This document shows positions 18,124-26,465 of a DNA stretch of 45,284 nt, one piece after another. The translations under genes and the position numbers were made by a program. Position 1 is the first letter of the stretch. Each line of letters starts with the position of its first letter. Origin of the DNA: Nitrospirota bacterium (lineage in GTDB: Bacteria > Nitrospirota > Thermodesulfovibrionia > Thermodesulfovibrionales > Dissulfurispiraceae); assembly GCA_037444915.1 (NCBI GenBank), contig JBBILM010000008.1:1-45284 (forward strand), in the 5' to 3' direction. The notes under the pieces were generated by a model, which ran no database searches, had not been told where the DNA came from, and worked only from the letters and a program-made list of their open reading frames with translations.

Positions 18124-19407
18124 TCACTTTTTGGAAAGCGCTCTTTCAACAGTCTTAATCGCGCAGAACTCTCCGCACATGCTGCAAACCTCATTCATTG
18201 CCAATGGCACCTGTCCTCTCCATTGCCGAACCATCTCAGGATCAAAGCTCATTGACATCTGGCCTTCCCAGTCAAGGTTCTTCCTGTAATGCGCCATCTT
18301 CTTATCCTTTTCAATAGCGCCGGGTATTCCCTTTGCGATATCAGCAGCATGAGCAGCTATCTTTGAGGCTATTACACCTTCCTTTACGTCGTTAATATTC
18401 GGAAGCCTTATATGCTCCGCAGGTGTTACGTAACACAGGAAATCAGCTCCGGCAGCTCCGGCAATAGCGCCGCCTATGGCAGCAGCAATGTGGTCATAGC
18501 CCATCGCAATATCAGTAACCAATGGCCCGAGTACATAAAAAGGCGCTCCTTTGCAGATTTCCTTTTGCAATTTTATATTCAACTCCACCTGATTCAGCGG
18601 GACATGCCCCGGCCCCTCTATTATTGTCTGCACTCCAGCAGCGAGCGCCCTGTCCCTTAACTCTCCAAGCGTTATCAACTCCTCGAGCTGGCTCCTGTCA
18701 GTTGCGTCAGCAAGACATCCCGGCCTGAAGCCGTCTCCAAGGCTTAACGTCAAATCATATTTTTTCGCCATCTCCAGAAGCCTGTCATAATCTTCATAAA
18801 GTGGATTTTCCTTGTCGTTATATATTATCCACTCAAGCAGGAATGCTCCGCCCCTGCTCACCACATCGAGGATTCTCCTGTCATCCTTTAGCCTTTCTAT
18901 TGCCCTCTTTGTTACGCCGCAATGAACCGTCACAAAATCCACGCCTTCTTTGGCGTGCTCTTCAATCACATCGAAAAGGTCATCAGGAGTCATCTTTGCA
19001 ATATGTCCATGCCTTTCAGTAGTGCGAACAACAACTTCATATATAGGCACTGTGCCAATTGCGACAGACGATCTTTTTATAAGCTCATTCCTGAGTCCTT
19101 TTATATCCCCGCCTGTTGAAAGGTCCATTACAGCATCCGCGCCGTATTTAACGAGCACGTTCAGCTTCTCCATTTCATCATCAAATGATACCTTGTCCTT
19201 TGACGTTCCTATGTTCGCGTTGATCTTTGTGCGTAGCCCTCTGCCGATTCCGATCGGGTCTATATCATGCAGCTCGTTTCTCGCTATCACTGACAGTCCG
19301 GCAGCAATGTCAGCAGCCAGAGTTTCCGGAGATATTCCCTCAGCCAATGCCGCTGATTTAACCTCATCTGTCAAGATTCCTTTTTTTGCCATTTCTATTC
19401 TTGTCAT
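18124..19407 (-). CDS. thiC: Phosphomethylpyrimidine synthase ThiC (short form)
   Basis: ThiC blocks throughout and a C-terminal CSMCGEFC Fe-S motif. ATG at 19407 has AGGAGA upstream. The ORF-track TTG extension is probably spurious. Confidence 0.95.
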   Translation of the reverse strand: MTRIEMAKKGILTDEVKSAALAEGISPETLAADIAAGLSVIARNELHDIDPIGIGRGLRTKINANIGTSKDKVSFDDEMEKLNVLVKYGADAVMDLSTGGDIKGLRNELIKRSSVAIGTVPIYEVVVRTTERHGHIAKMTPDDLFDVIEEHAKEGVDFVTVHCGVTKRAIERLKDDRRILDVVSRGGAFLLEWIIYNDKENPLYEDYDRLLEMAKKYDLTLSLGDGFRPGCLADATDRSQLEELITLGELRDRALAAGVQTIIEGPGHVPLNQVELNIKLQKEICKGAPFYVLGPLVTDIAMGYDHIAAAIGGAIAGAAGADFLCYVTPAEHIRLPNINDVKEGVIASKIAAHAADIAKGIPGAIEKDKKMAHYRKNLDWEGQMSMSFDPEMVRQWRGQVPLAMNEVCSMCGEFCAIKTVERALSKK

Positions 19408-19433
19408 GTTCTTTCTCCTGTGTTTCAACTGAT

Positions 19434-19490
19434 TTCATTCATTTCTGCTGGAGTTTATCCCGTACTTGATACGGGGCAGGAATGAATGAA
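19434..19490 (-). repeat. 57-nt compound hairpin in the thiE-thiC intercistronic gap
   Basis: The outer 15-bp arms are ttcattcatttctgc and gcaggaatgaatgaa, with one mismatch. The inner stem is cccgta / tacggg. Confidence 0.7.
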
Positions 19491-19500
19491 ACTGAATAGA

Positions 19501-20175
19501 TCAGTCTAAAATTTTTATATACTTTTCTGCGGCTGATTTAATATCAGCTTCGCCTAAAATACCGCTTATCAAGGCAATCCCGTGAGCTCCTGCATCTATA
19601 ACATTTTTAGCTTTTTCCGGTTTTATACCACCAATCCCAAACACGGGAATTGAAACCCTTTCCCTCAATGTTTTCAATGACTCTAACCCAACAGGTTGTC
19701 CATACTTCACTTTCGAAGGTGTTTCATAAAGAGGTCCGTACGTTATAAAATCCGCACCTTCTCCCTCAGCAGACACTGCTTCCTGAAGACTATGGGTCGA
19801 CACACCGATCAACATTTTGTCTCCAACAACCTGCCTGACCGCATAAACAGGTATGCTCGCCTGTCCCAAATGCACACCGTCAGCATTTGTGCACAGGGCA
19901 ATATCTAACCTGTCATTAATAAAAAGCATCGCGTTATATTTCTCTGTCAAACCCTTAATCTCATAAGCTATCTGAAGCAATTCCCTTGTCAGCAAATCCT
20001 TTTCCCTGAGCTGAACAGCCTTAATGCCAGCCTTCAGAGCCTCTTCCACAGCAGCAACGAGTGCCGTGCAGCATCCACCGTTGCCAGATGACGCTTGACT
20101 GTTGACAGGCAACCGTGAACTACAAACAAGTTTTCTGTCAGTTATCAGATAAAGGTTAAAATCTGTTTTCTTCAA
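19501..20175 (-). CDS. thiE: Thiamine-phosphate synthase
   Basis: LYLITDR, QLREKDL and GIGGI blocks. It overlaps the lgt 3' end by 20 nt. Confidence 0.9.
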   Translation of the reverse strand: MKKTDFNLYLITDRKLVCSSRLPVNSQASSGNGGCCTALVAAVEEALKAGIKAVQLREKDLLTRELLQIAYEIKGLTEKYNAMLFINDRLDIALCTNADGVHLGQASIPVYAVRQVVGDKMLIGVSTHSLQEAVSAEGEGADFITYGPLYETPSKVKYGQPVGLESLKTLRERVSIPVFGIGGIKPEKAKNVIDAGAHGIALISGILGEADIKSAAEKYIKILD

Positions 20176-20941
20176 TCCTCACCCATAATCTTTTAATATA
20201 TATAGCCATCACTGACACGATTGATAGGATAACGCTCATTGCCTGAGCTGTTCTGAACTGACCGATGTAAAGGCTGTCAGCCCTCATGCCCTCAATAAAA
20301 AACCTGCCAATTGAGTAAAGAAATACAGTCGAAAAACATAAAAAGCCATCTTTATATGCCCTTTTTCTGAGACCAAGCCATACGATTAAGAATATCAAAA
20401 CATTCCAGAACATCTGATAAAGCATAGTGGGATGTATAGGCGTGTCAGGGAACTGAGATCCTGCTACGCTTGTCGAGGGAAATATGACTCCCCATGGCAG
20501 ATCCGTAGGGTTCCCATGTGCCTCTCCATTCATAAAATTTCCGAATCTCACGAAAGCCTCTCCCAATAAAACAAGCGGAACTACCGAGTCTGCCATCCTT
20601 AATATCCCTATCCCCCTGCTTTTAATATATACGTATCCAACTATAAATCCGGCAATGAACCCGCCATGACTCGCCAGTCCTCCCTTCCATATAGCCGGTA
20701 TTTCAGCTAAATGCCCTCCGTAATACTCCCAGTTAAAGATCACATAATAAATCCTTGCTCCGACTATGCCTGCGAGCACGGTCGTTGTAAGGAATGTCAT
20801 GACATCGTCATTGCTCATGTTAATAGCCTTGCGGCCAATCTCACCCTTAAGCAGATAGTAACCGGTAAATACCGCCAAAATATACATCAGGCTGTAATAC
20901 CGTATCTGAAAAGGGCCGATCTCAATTAAAACAGGATCCAT
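20156..20941 (-). CDS. lgt: Phosphatidylglycerol-prolipoprotein diacylglyceryl transferase
   Basis: IRYYSLMYI, GARIYY, GGLASHGG and IHPTMLYQ, which form the Lgt signature. A TAATG overlap joins it to thiG. Confidence 0.9.
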   Translation of the reverse strand: MDPVLIEIGPFQIRYYSLMYILAVFTGYYLLKGEIGRKAINMSNDDVMTFLTTTVLAGIVGARIYYVIFNWEYYGGHLAEIPAIWKGGLASHGGFIAGFIVGYVYIKSRGIGILRMADSVVPLVLLGEAFVRFGNFMNGEAHGNPTDLPWGVIFPSTSVAGSQFPDTPIHPTMLYQMFWNVLIFLIVWLGLRKRAYKDGFLCFSTVFLYSIGRFFIEGMRADSLYIGQFRTAQAMSVILSIVSVMAIYIKRLWVRIEENRF

Positions 20942-21711
20942 TAAAGCATGCCTTCCAAAGGACTGCTGGCAGTTGCATAAAGCCTTTTTTGGATGCGGCC
21001 TGCCCTATAAGCCATCCTTCCCGCAATAACCGCATGCTTCATTGCAGTAGCCATGGCAACGGGGTCTTTGGCGCCTGCAATCGCTGTGTTTATTAAAACA
21101 GCATCGCATCCAAGTTCCATTGCAATTGTTGAATCAGAAGCTGTTCCAACGCCCGCATCTACGATTACCGGCACCTTCGAAGCCTCCAATATTATTTTTA
21201 TGTTGTACGGGTTTCTTATTCCAAGACCCGATCCTATGGGCGCGCCAAGAGGCATTACAGCCACGGCTCCCGCATCCTCAAGCCTTTTAGCCATTATCGG
21301 GTCGTCATTTGTGTACGGAAAGACCAGAAATCCCTCCTTTGCCAAAATCTCTGTAGCCTTCAAAAGACCTATCACATCCGGAAACAGTGTTTTTTCATCT
21401 CCTATGACCTCAAGCTTGACCATATCTGACACGCCTGCCTCCCTCGCAAGCCTTGAGTACCTGAGCGCGTCTTCAACGGTATAACATCCGGCCGTGTTCG
21501 GAAGTATCTTATACTTTGAGGGATCTATATAATCCAGCAGGTTTGCTGATTTCCTGTCTGTAATGTTAACCCTTCTCACGGCAACGGTAACCACATCAGC
21601 GCCAGAGGCCTCGATCACCTTAGCTGTCTCTTCAAAATCCTTGTATTTCCCTGTGCCAACCCATAGCCTTGAGTTGAATTCGATTCCACTGATTATTAAT
21701 TTATCTTCCAT
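20941..21711 (-). CDS. thiG: Thiazole synthase
   Basis: [16 protein letters not shown] and [11 protein letters not shown] blocks. ATG at 21711 has GGAGG 6 nt upstream, and the alternative start is 21723. Confidence 0.95.
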   Translation of the reverse strand: MEDKLIISGIEFNSRLWVGTGKYKDFEETAKVIEASGADVVTVAVRRVNITDRKSANLLDYIDPSKYKILPNTAGCYTVEDALRYSRLAREAGVSDMVKLEVIGDEKTLFPDVIGLLKATEILAKEGFLVFPYTNDDPIMAKRLEDAGAVAVMPLGAPIGSGLGIRNPYNIKIILEASKVPVIVDAGVGTASDSTIAMELGCDAVLINTAIAGAKDPVAMATAMKHAVIAGRMAYRAGRIQKRLYATASSPLEGML

Positions 21712-21744
21712 TTTTTCCTCCATCTAAAATCTGAAATATTAAAT

Positions 21745-21960
21745 TTAAAACTTGAAGTCTTTGTCGCCTCCTCCTACAAAATATACTATCTCTACAATAT
21801 CGCATTCTTTCAGCCGGAAATTATTATAATCAGCCTTCTTGATTACATTGTAATTTACCTCCACTGCAACGCGTCCAGGCACAATCTCCAGTTCTTCTAA
21901 AAGGTCTGCAATCGTTTTAGCGGAAGTATCTTTGTCTTCACCGTTTATCTTAACGCGCAT
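21745..21960 (-). CDS. thiS: Sulfur-carrier protein ThiS with a 6-residue tail after the GGG motif
   Basis: MRVKINGE...VEIVYFVGGG-DKDFKF. ATG at 21960 follows GGAGAGGAG. It is the first gene after the TPP riboswitch. Confidence 0.8.
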   Translation of the reverse strand: MRVKINGEDKDTSAKTIADLLEELEIVPGRVAVEVNYNVIKKADYNNFRLKECDIVEIVYFVGGGDKDFKF

Positions 21961-21975
21961 ATCTCCTCTCCACAA

Positions 21976-22011
21976 AATAACCCTCTATCCCTGACGGAAT
22001 AGAGGGTTATT
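21976..22011 (-). terminator. Riboswitch expression-platform hairpin / intrinsic attenuator
   Basis: The 13-bp stem is aataaccctctat / atagagggttatt with a 10-nt loop. On the minus strand it is followed by a short U-rich stretch (uuuugu) and then the thiS SD. Confidence 0.6.
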
Positions 22012-22017
22012 ATTATT

Positions 22018-22120
22018 CTCCATATTCCCGTTTCCTACGCCGGGATTATCCGGATCAGGTTCGCGGGGTCTTTCCCATTATCACAGGAAACTCTCAGGCG
22101 CTGCCGCCTCCCCCAGGGAG
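22018..22120 (-). promoter_or_regulatory. TPP (THI-box) riboswitch
   Basis: The minus strand reads ...gcctgagag...gaccccgcgaacctgatccggataatcccggcgtaggaaacggga. This matches the conserved CUGAGA and ACCUGAUCCGGAUAAUGCCGGCG-like core. Confidence 0.9.
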
Positions 22121-22127
22121 TGTTTAA

Positions 22128-22157
22128 ACTATAATTCAGTAAATTTAAAAAAGTCAA
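22128..22157 (-). promoter_or_regulatory. Sigma70-like promoter of the thi operon (TTGACT, 18-nt spacer, TATAGT)
   Basis: Read on the minus strand immediately upstream of the riboswitch. Confidence 0.5.
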
Positions 22158-22177
22158 ACCAAATCAGACAAATAGTG

Positions 22178-23752
22178 CTACCTTCCAGATGATTTTCTTG
22201 CCTTTGCCTCCTGTATCTTCACCCTTTTTCCCTTCATCATCATATCATCAACAGAGCGAATTACCCTGTCCGCAAGGTCTTCGGGAACCTCAACAAACGT
22301 AAACTTATCCAGAACGTCAATGCTTCCTATCTTGCTAAAGGGTATGTTTGCTTCTGACGCGATTGACTTCACAATATCAGCTACTTTTATCTTGTCTTTT
22401 CTGCCTATTGTCATGAACAACCTTACAATCCCTGGTTTTTGGCCTGATTTTTCCTGTATTTCTGACACAGGCTTTTCCTGTACATCACCGTATGCAGCAT
22501 AAATGGCTGCTGCCGCAATATCGGCAAAACTGTGGTTCTCTGACAATTCCTTTATTTCCTGTACATACGCGGAATGCTTATTGGAACTGATTATGTCCGT
22601 GATATCCCTAATTATGCTATTACGCCTTGCCTTGATAACATCTTCGGTCGAAGGCAGCCTCTTGCGGCTGATTGTTGTCATTGCAGTTTTTTCTATCAAT
22701 TTGAGGTGCCTGTATTCCCTCGGATTCACAAGTGTTATTGCCATTCCTGACTTGCCTGCCCTGCCTGTTCTGCCGATGCGGTGTATATAACTCTCCGGGT
22801 TCTGGGGAATGCTGTAATTAATAACATGGCTTACATTTTTTATATCGATACCCCTCGCTGCCACATCAGTTGCAACAAGCACGTCAAGCATGCCCTTCTT
22901 GAATTTATTCATAACCTCATCACGCCGGGCCTGCGAGTAATCCCCGTGAAGCGCATTTGCGTTGTAACCCATCTGCTGAAGGTTATCAGAAACCTCATCA
23001 ACATCACGTTTTGTATGACAGAATACTATCGCAAGTTCCGGATCTTCGACATCGAGCAGTCTTGAAAGGGCGTTTATTTTGTCCTCTTCTCTCACCTCAT
23101 AAAATACCTGCTTTGTCTTTGGCACGATTATATCTTTTGTATTTACCCTTATCTTTTCCGGACTGCGCATATATCTCTTGGCAATGTTCATTATTGGCTG
23201 CGGCATAGTGGCTGAGAAAAGAAGAGTCTGCCTCTGCGAAGGGGTCGCTTTAAGAATGGTTTCAATATCATCAATAAATCCCATATTGAGCATTTCATCG
23301 GCTTCATCAAGAACAACAACATTTATTTCTGAAAGCGAAAGGGTTTTTCTGTTCATGTGATCCAAAATTCGGCCCGGGGTTCCGACAATCACATCTGTTC
23401 CGCGCTTCAGCGCCTTGATCTGGCTATCAATTGATTTGCCGCCATAAATAGGCACAACCCTTATATCTTTATACTTACCCATTTTATTAATCTCCTGCGC
23501 AACCTGAACAGCGAGTTCCCTTGTCGGCTCAAGTATAATAGCAAAGGGCTGCCCCCCTTTTTTCCGGCCTTCGACAATAGGAATGCCAAATGCGGCAGTT
23601 TTACCTGTTCCTGTCTGGGCCTGGCCAACTATATCGAGACCGCCTGATATTAATGGTATACTGGAAACCTGTATCGGAGTCGGCTCCTCAAATCCCATCT
23701 CTGACACAGCCTTCATGGTTTCTTTGCTCAATCCAAAATCTTCAAACTTCAT
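22178..23752 (-). CDS. deaD: DEAD-box ATP-dependent RNA helicase (DeaD/CsdA-like with a DbpA-type C-terminal RNA-binding domain)
   Basis: Q-motif, AQTGTGKT, DEAD, SAT and HRIGRTGRAG motifs. ATG at 23752 follows GAGGGT. The ORF-track TTG at 23770 is less likely. Confidence 0.9.
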   Translation of the reverse strand: MKFEDFGLSKETMKAVSEMGFEEPTPIQVSSIPLISGGLDIVGQAQTGTGKTAAFGIPIVEGRKKGGQPFAIILEPTRELAVQVAQEINKMGKYKDIRVVPIYGGKSIDSQIKALKRGTDVIVGTPGRILDHMNRKTLSLSEINVVVLDEADEMLNMGFIDDIETILKATPSQRQTLLFSATMPQPIMNIAKRYMRSPEKIRVNTKDIIVPKTKQVFYEVREEDKINALSRLLDVEDPELAIVFCHTKRDVDEVSDNLQQMGYNANALHGDYSQARRDEVMNKFKKGMLDVLVATDVAARGIDIKNVSHVINYSIPQNPESYIHRIGRTGRAGKSGMAITLVNPREYRHLKLIEKTAMTTISRKRLPSTEDVIKARRNSIIRDITDIISSNKHSAYVQEIKELSENHSFADIAAAAIYAAYGDVQEKPVSEIQEKSGQKPGIVRLFMTIGRKDKIKVADIVKSIASEANIPFSKIGSIDVLDKFTFVEVPEDLADRVIRSVDDMMMKGKRVKIQEAKARKSSGR

Positions 23753-23785
23753 TTTTTTACCCTCACTCAATTTTTATTCTCATCT

Positions 23786-23832
23786 AAAAAACAAAATCCC
23801 TCAGAAGGTTTCTTAAAATCCTCCGAGGGATT
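23786..23832 (-). terminator. Intrinsic-terminator-like hairpin plus U-tract immediately upstream of deaD
   Basis: Minus-strand RNA is AAUCCCUCGGAGG-(11 nt)-CCUUCUGAGGGAUU-UUGUUUUUU. That gives 13 bp including 2 G-U pairs. Confidence 0.5.
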
Positions 23833-24021
23833 AGATGAAACTTGTTTTAATTAGTATATTGTTATTTACCCGAAAAATGCAATTAATGCATAAAATTAAG
23901 AAAAATGGCTCCATCTCGCCACATCATATTGAGGCCCGTAATAAAGCATTTTATCCGACCATGCCATTACGCAAATTCGTTATTCGGATTCAATCGTTCA
24001 GCTCAAATTAGAGGCGAGTTT

Positions 24022-24936
24022 CTATACCGTTACGCTGTCTATTCTCTTTAAGCCCGCTTTAAAAGCGAGTTTCACGGCTTCATCGTATTCCCTCGCCGTT
24101 ATTCGCCTGTCCAAAGGAGGGTTTTCAAATGCCTTATAGCACGGATGATATTGGTCCATGATATTTATGTAAGTGTTTTTTGAAATTTCTTCTGCAATAA
24201 ATTTAACTATCTCGCCGGTTCCAGCAATGCCGCCGGGCAGCACAAGATGTCTGACGAGAAGCCCCCTTAATGCGATTCCTCCTGAATCTATAACCAGATC
24301 GCCAACCTGCCTGTGCATCTCTTTTAAAGCAGCCTTTGCAGAATCAGGATAGCCCTTAGCCTTTGAATATTTCAGGGATTTTTCGGAATCTGAATATTTA
24401 AAGTCAGGCATATAAATATCGATAACACCGTCCAGTATTTTCAATGCCTCAAGAGACTCGTAACCGCCGCAGTTATACACTACCGGAATATTCAGGCCAT
24501 TTTCAGCAGCAATCGCGATAGAATGCAGTATCATAGGCATCTGGTGTGTGGGCGTAACGAGGTTTATGTTATGGCATTTCATTTCCTGCAACTGCATCAT
24601 TATACCAGCGAGCTTTTCGAATGACATTTCCATGCCCTCTCCCAAATGGCTTATTGTCCAGTTCTGGCAGAAAAGGCAGCCAAGATTGCAGTAGCTGAAA
24701 AAAATAGTGCCGGAGCCATAACAGCCAACCAATGGCCTCTCTTCTCCGAAATGAGGGCCCCAGCTCGCTATAAATGGCTTGTCAGCGGTTTTACAAAATC
24801 CGAGTTCGCCGGAAGTCCTGTCAATGCCGCAGGTACGGGGGCAAAGGCTGCAGTTTTTTAGCATCTCTTCAGCGATTGCGACCTTTTGCCAAAGCTGTTC
24901 ACCGGACAATTCAAGATAAGCAGGGGTAATCGGCAT
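24022..24936 (-). CDS. Radical SAM protein, PflX-like (pyruvate formate-lyase activase homologue)
   Basis: A CNLGCLFCQNW CX3CX2C cluster motif, plus an upstream CSLCPRTCGIDR Cys-rich segment. Confidence 0.8.
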   Translation of the reverse strand: MPITPAYLELSGEQLWQKVAIAEEMLKNCSLCPRTCGIDRTSGELGFCKTADKPFIASWGPHFGEERPLVGCYGSGTIFFSYCNLGCLFCQNWTISHLGEGMEMSFEKLAGIMMQLQEMKCHNINLVTPTHQMPMILHSIAIAAENGLNIPVVYNCGGYESLEALKILDGVIDIYMPDFKYSDSEKSLKYSKAKGYPDSAKAALKEMHRQVGDLVIDSGGIALRGLLVRHLVLPGGIAGTGEIVKFIAEEISKNTYINIMDQYHPCYKAFENPPLDRRITAREYDEAVKLAFKAGLKRIDSVTV

Positions 24937-24954
24937 GCAAGAAATGTATTGTCT

Positions 24955-24982
24955 ATAACCCGCGGCTATTGCCGCAGGTTAT
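24955..24982 (-). terminator. Hairpin (11 of 12 bp, TATT loop) between the PhoU-like gene and the radical SAM gene
   Basis: ataacccgcggc-tatt-gccgcaggttat. No U-tract follows, so terminator function is uncertain. Confidence 0.3.
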
Positions 24983-25044
24983 ATGTTCAAATTATAATTT
25001 TTATGTTCCATCGATAAAATTGCGTGGAACACGCTCCTGTCTGT

Positions 25045-25641
25045 TTAAACTCCAAGCTTGGTTGCGATCTCTTTAGAATGCCACGCAATGGTTTTAACTG
25101 CGTCGAGCATGTTTATATAAATGGAGGAAGCGATTGGAAGACACAAGCCCTCAATCAATCTCTCCTCATGAAATGTTGCGTATTCAGTCGCTTTTTGAAT
25201 TATCCCTGCTTCTGATTCCTGAACGTATCTTCTTAAAATTATGTTCCTTGCAAGGATTATATCAGTTGTCGGCATAACTATATCGCTAAGCCTCTGAAGA
25301 AGAAATGTTATTTCGGTCATTGCCTTGTCGCTAAACAGGACATTATCCTTTATTTTCTTCTCGATCTGTTCGGCAATCTTTTCTATGCCTTCAGCAATCC
25401 TCAATAAGTGCACAGGAACCGAAATATACGGTTTAATTTCAACAACATCCTTCGCCAGAGCCGTAATTTTATTAGTTAGCTCCGGCTCGGCTGTCTTGAT
25501 AGCGTCAACACTTAAGGCACAATCTTTTAAGGGTGTGAAAGAATTATAAATAAGAGCTGTCTGCAATAGTGAGATACAATTTTCAGCGCTCCTGCCCATG
25601 TCGTACATCTCTTCAAGCAACTTTTTCATTTCCTCTTTCAT
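25045..25641 (-). CDS. PhoU-domain-like helical protein (resembles the C-terminal PhoU_div region of Na/Pi transporters)
   Basis: All-helical, with a FHEERLIEG...IYINMLDAVKTIAWHSKEIA block. ATG at 25641 has GGGAGGAGGG 7 nt upstream. Confidence 0.45.
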   Translation of the reverse strand: MKEEMKKLLEEMYDMGRSAENCISLLQTALIYNSFTPLKDCALSVDAIKTAEPELTNKITALAKDVVEIKPYISVPVHLLRIAEGIEKIAEQIEKKIKDNVLFSDKAMTEITFLLQRLSDIVMPTTDIILARNIILRRYVQESEAGIIQKATEYATFHEERLIEGLCLPIASSIYINMLDAVKTIAWHSKEIATKLGV

Positions 25642-25808
25642 ATTATGCCCTCCTCCCTTTTTTATAAGCATATCAGATTATTTTTGCTTCTGCAATATAT
25701 ATTCATCAAAAAAAATGCAATAAAACCATGGGATTATAGAGGCTTGGCGGATAACTTGCTTTATCCCGACGCTTTATTGAGGCCAGTAAATAATGAAGAT
25801 ATAAGCGG

Positions 25809-26465
25809 CTATTCAATCTTTATTATGCCTTTCTGGATCGCGAATTTGATCAAAGCAGCCCTGGAACGAATATCGAGCTTTTCAGAAATATTGGTCTGAT
25901 GGGCTATTGCTGTTTTAGCGCTTATATTTAAAATATCAGCTATCTCCTTGTGCGTATAACCTTCGGCAATAAGTTTTAATACCTGTTTTTCCCTGTCAGT
26001 CAGACTTTCGTACGGATCCTCTGCTACTTCATCTTTCTTTTCAAGATATTCGTCTATAACACTGAATGCAATAGAAGGATGCAGGTAGGCCTTTCCGCTC
26101 GCAATCGCATTAATGGCCGTCAGCAGATCCGTTCCGACTGCTGTCTTTGGCATATATCCGCTTGCGCCTGCCTTAAGGAATCTTCTTATATATATCCTGT
26201 CTTCATACTGCGTTAAAACAAGAACTTTTATATTTGGATCGATCTTTTTAATTTCAATAGTTGCCTCCAGCCCCCCAAGTGCAGGCATGGCAACATCCAT
26301 AATTACAATATCCGGCTTGTGCTTTTTTACACCCTCAATTGCGCCCATGCCGTCGGATGCTTCGCAAACCACCTCAATATCATCAGACATCTGAATAAAT
26401 GCCATAATTCCCTGTCTGACAAGTGCATGATCATCCGCTATTAATATTCTGATTTTCTTTTTCAT
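25809..26465 (-). CDS. NarL/FixJ-family response regulator (REC plus LuxR-type HTH)
   Basis: ILIADDH, DIVIMDVAMP, and LTDREKQVLKLIAEGYTHKEIA. Confidence 0.9.
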   Translation of the reverse strand: MKKKIRILIADDHALVRQGIMAFIQMSDDIEVVCEASDGMGAIEGVKKHKPDIVIMDVAMPALGGLEATIEIKKIDPNIKVLVLTQYEDRIYIRRFLKAGASGYMPKTAVGTDLLTAINAIASGKAYLHPSIAFSVIDEYLEKKDEVAEDPYESLTDREKQVLKLIAEGYTHKEIADILNISAKTAIAHQTNISEKLDIRSRAALIKFAIQKGIIKIE

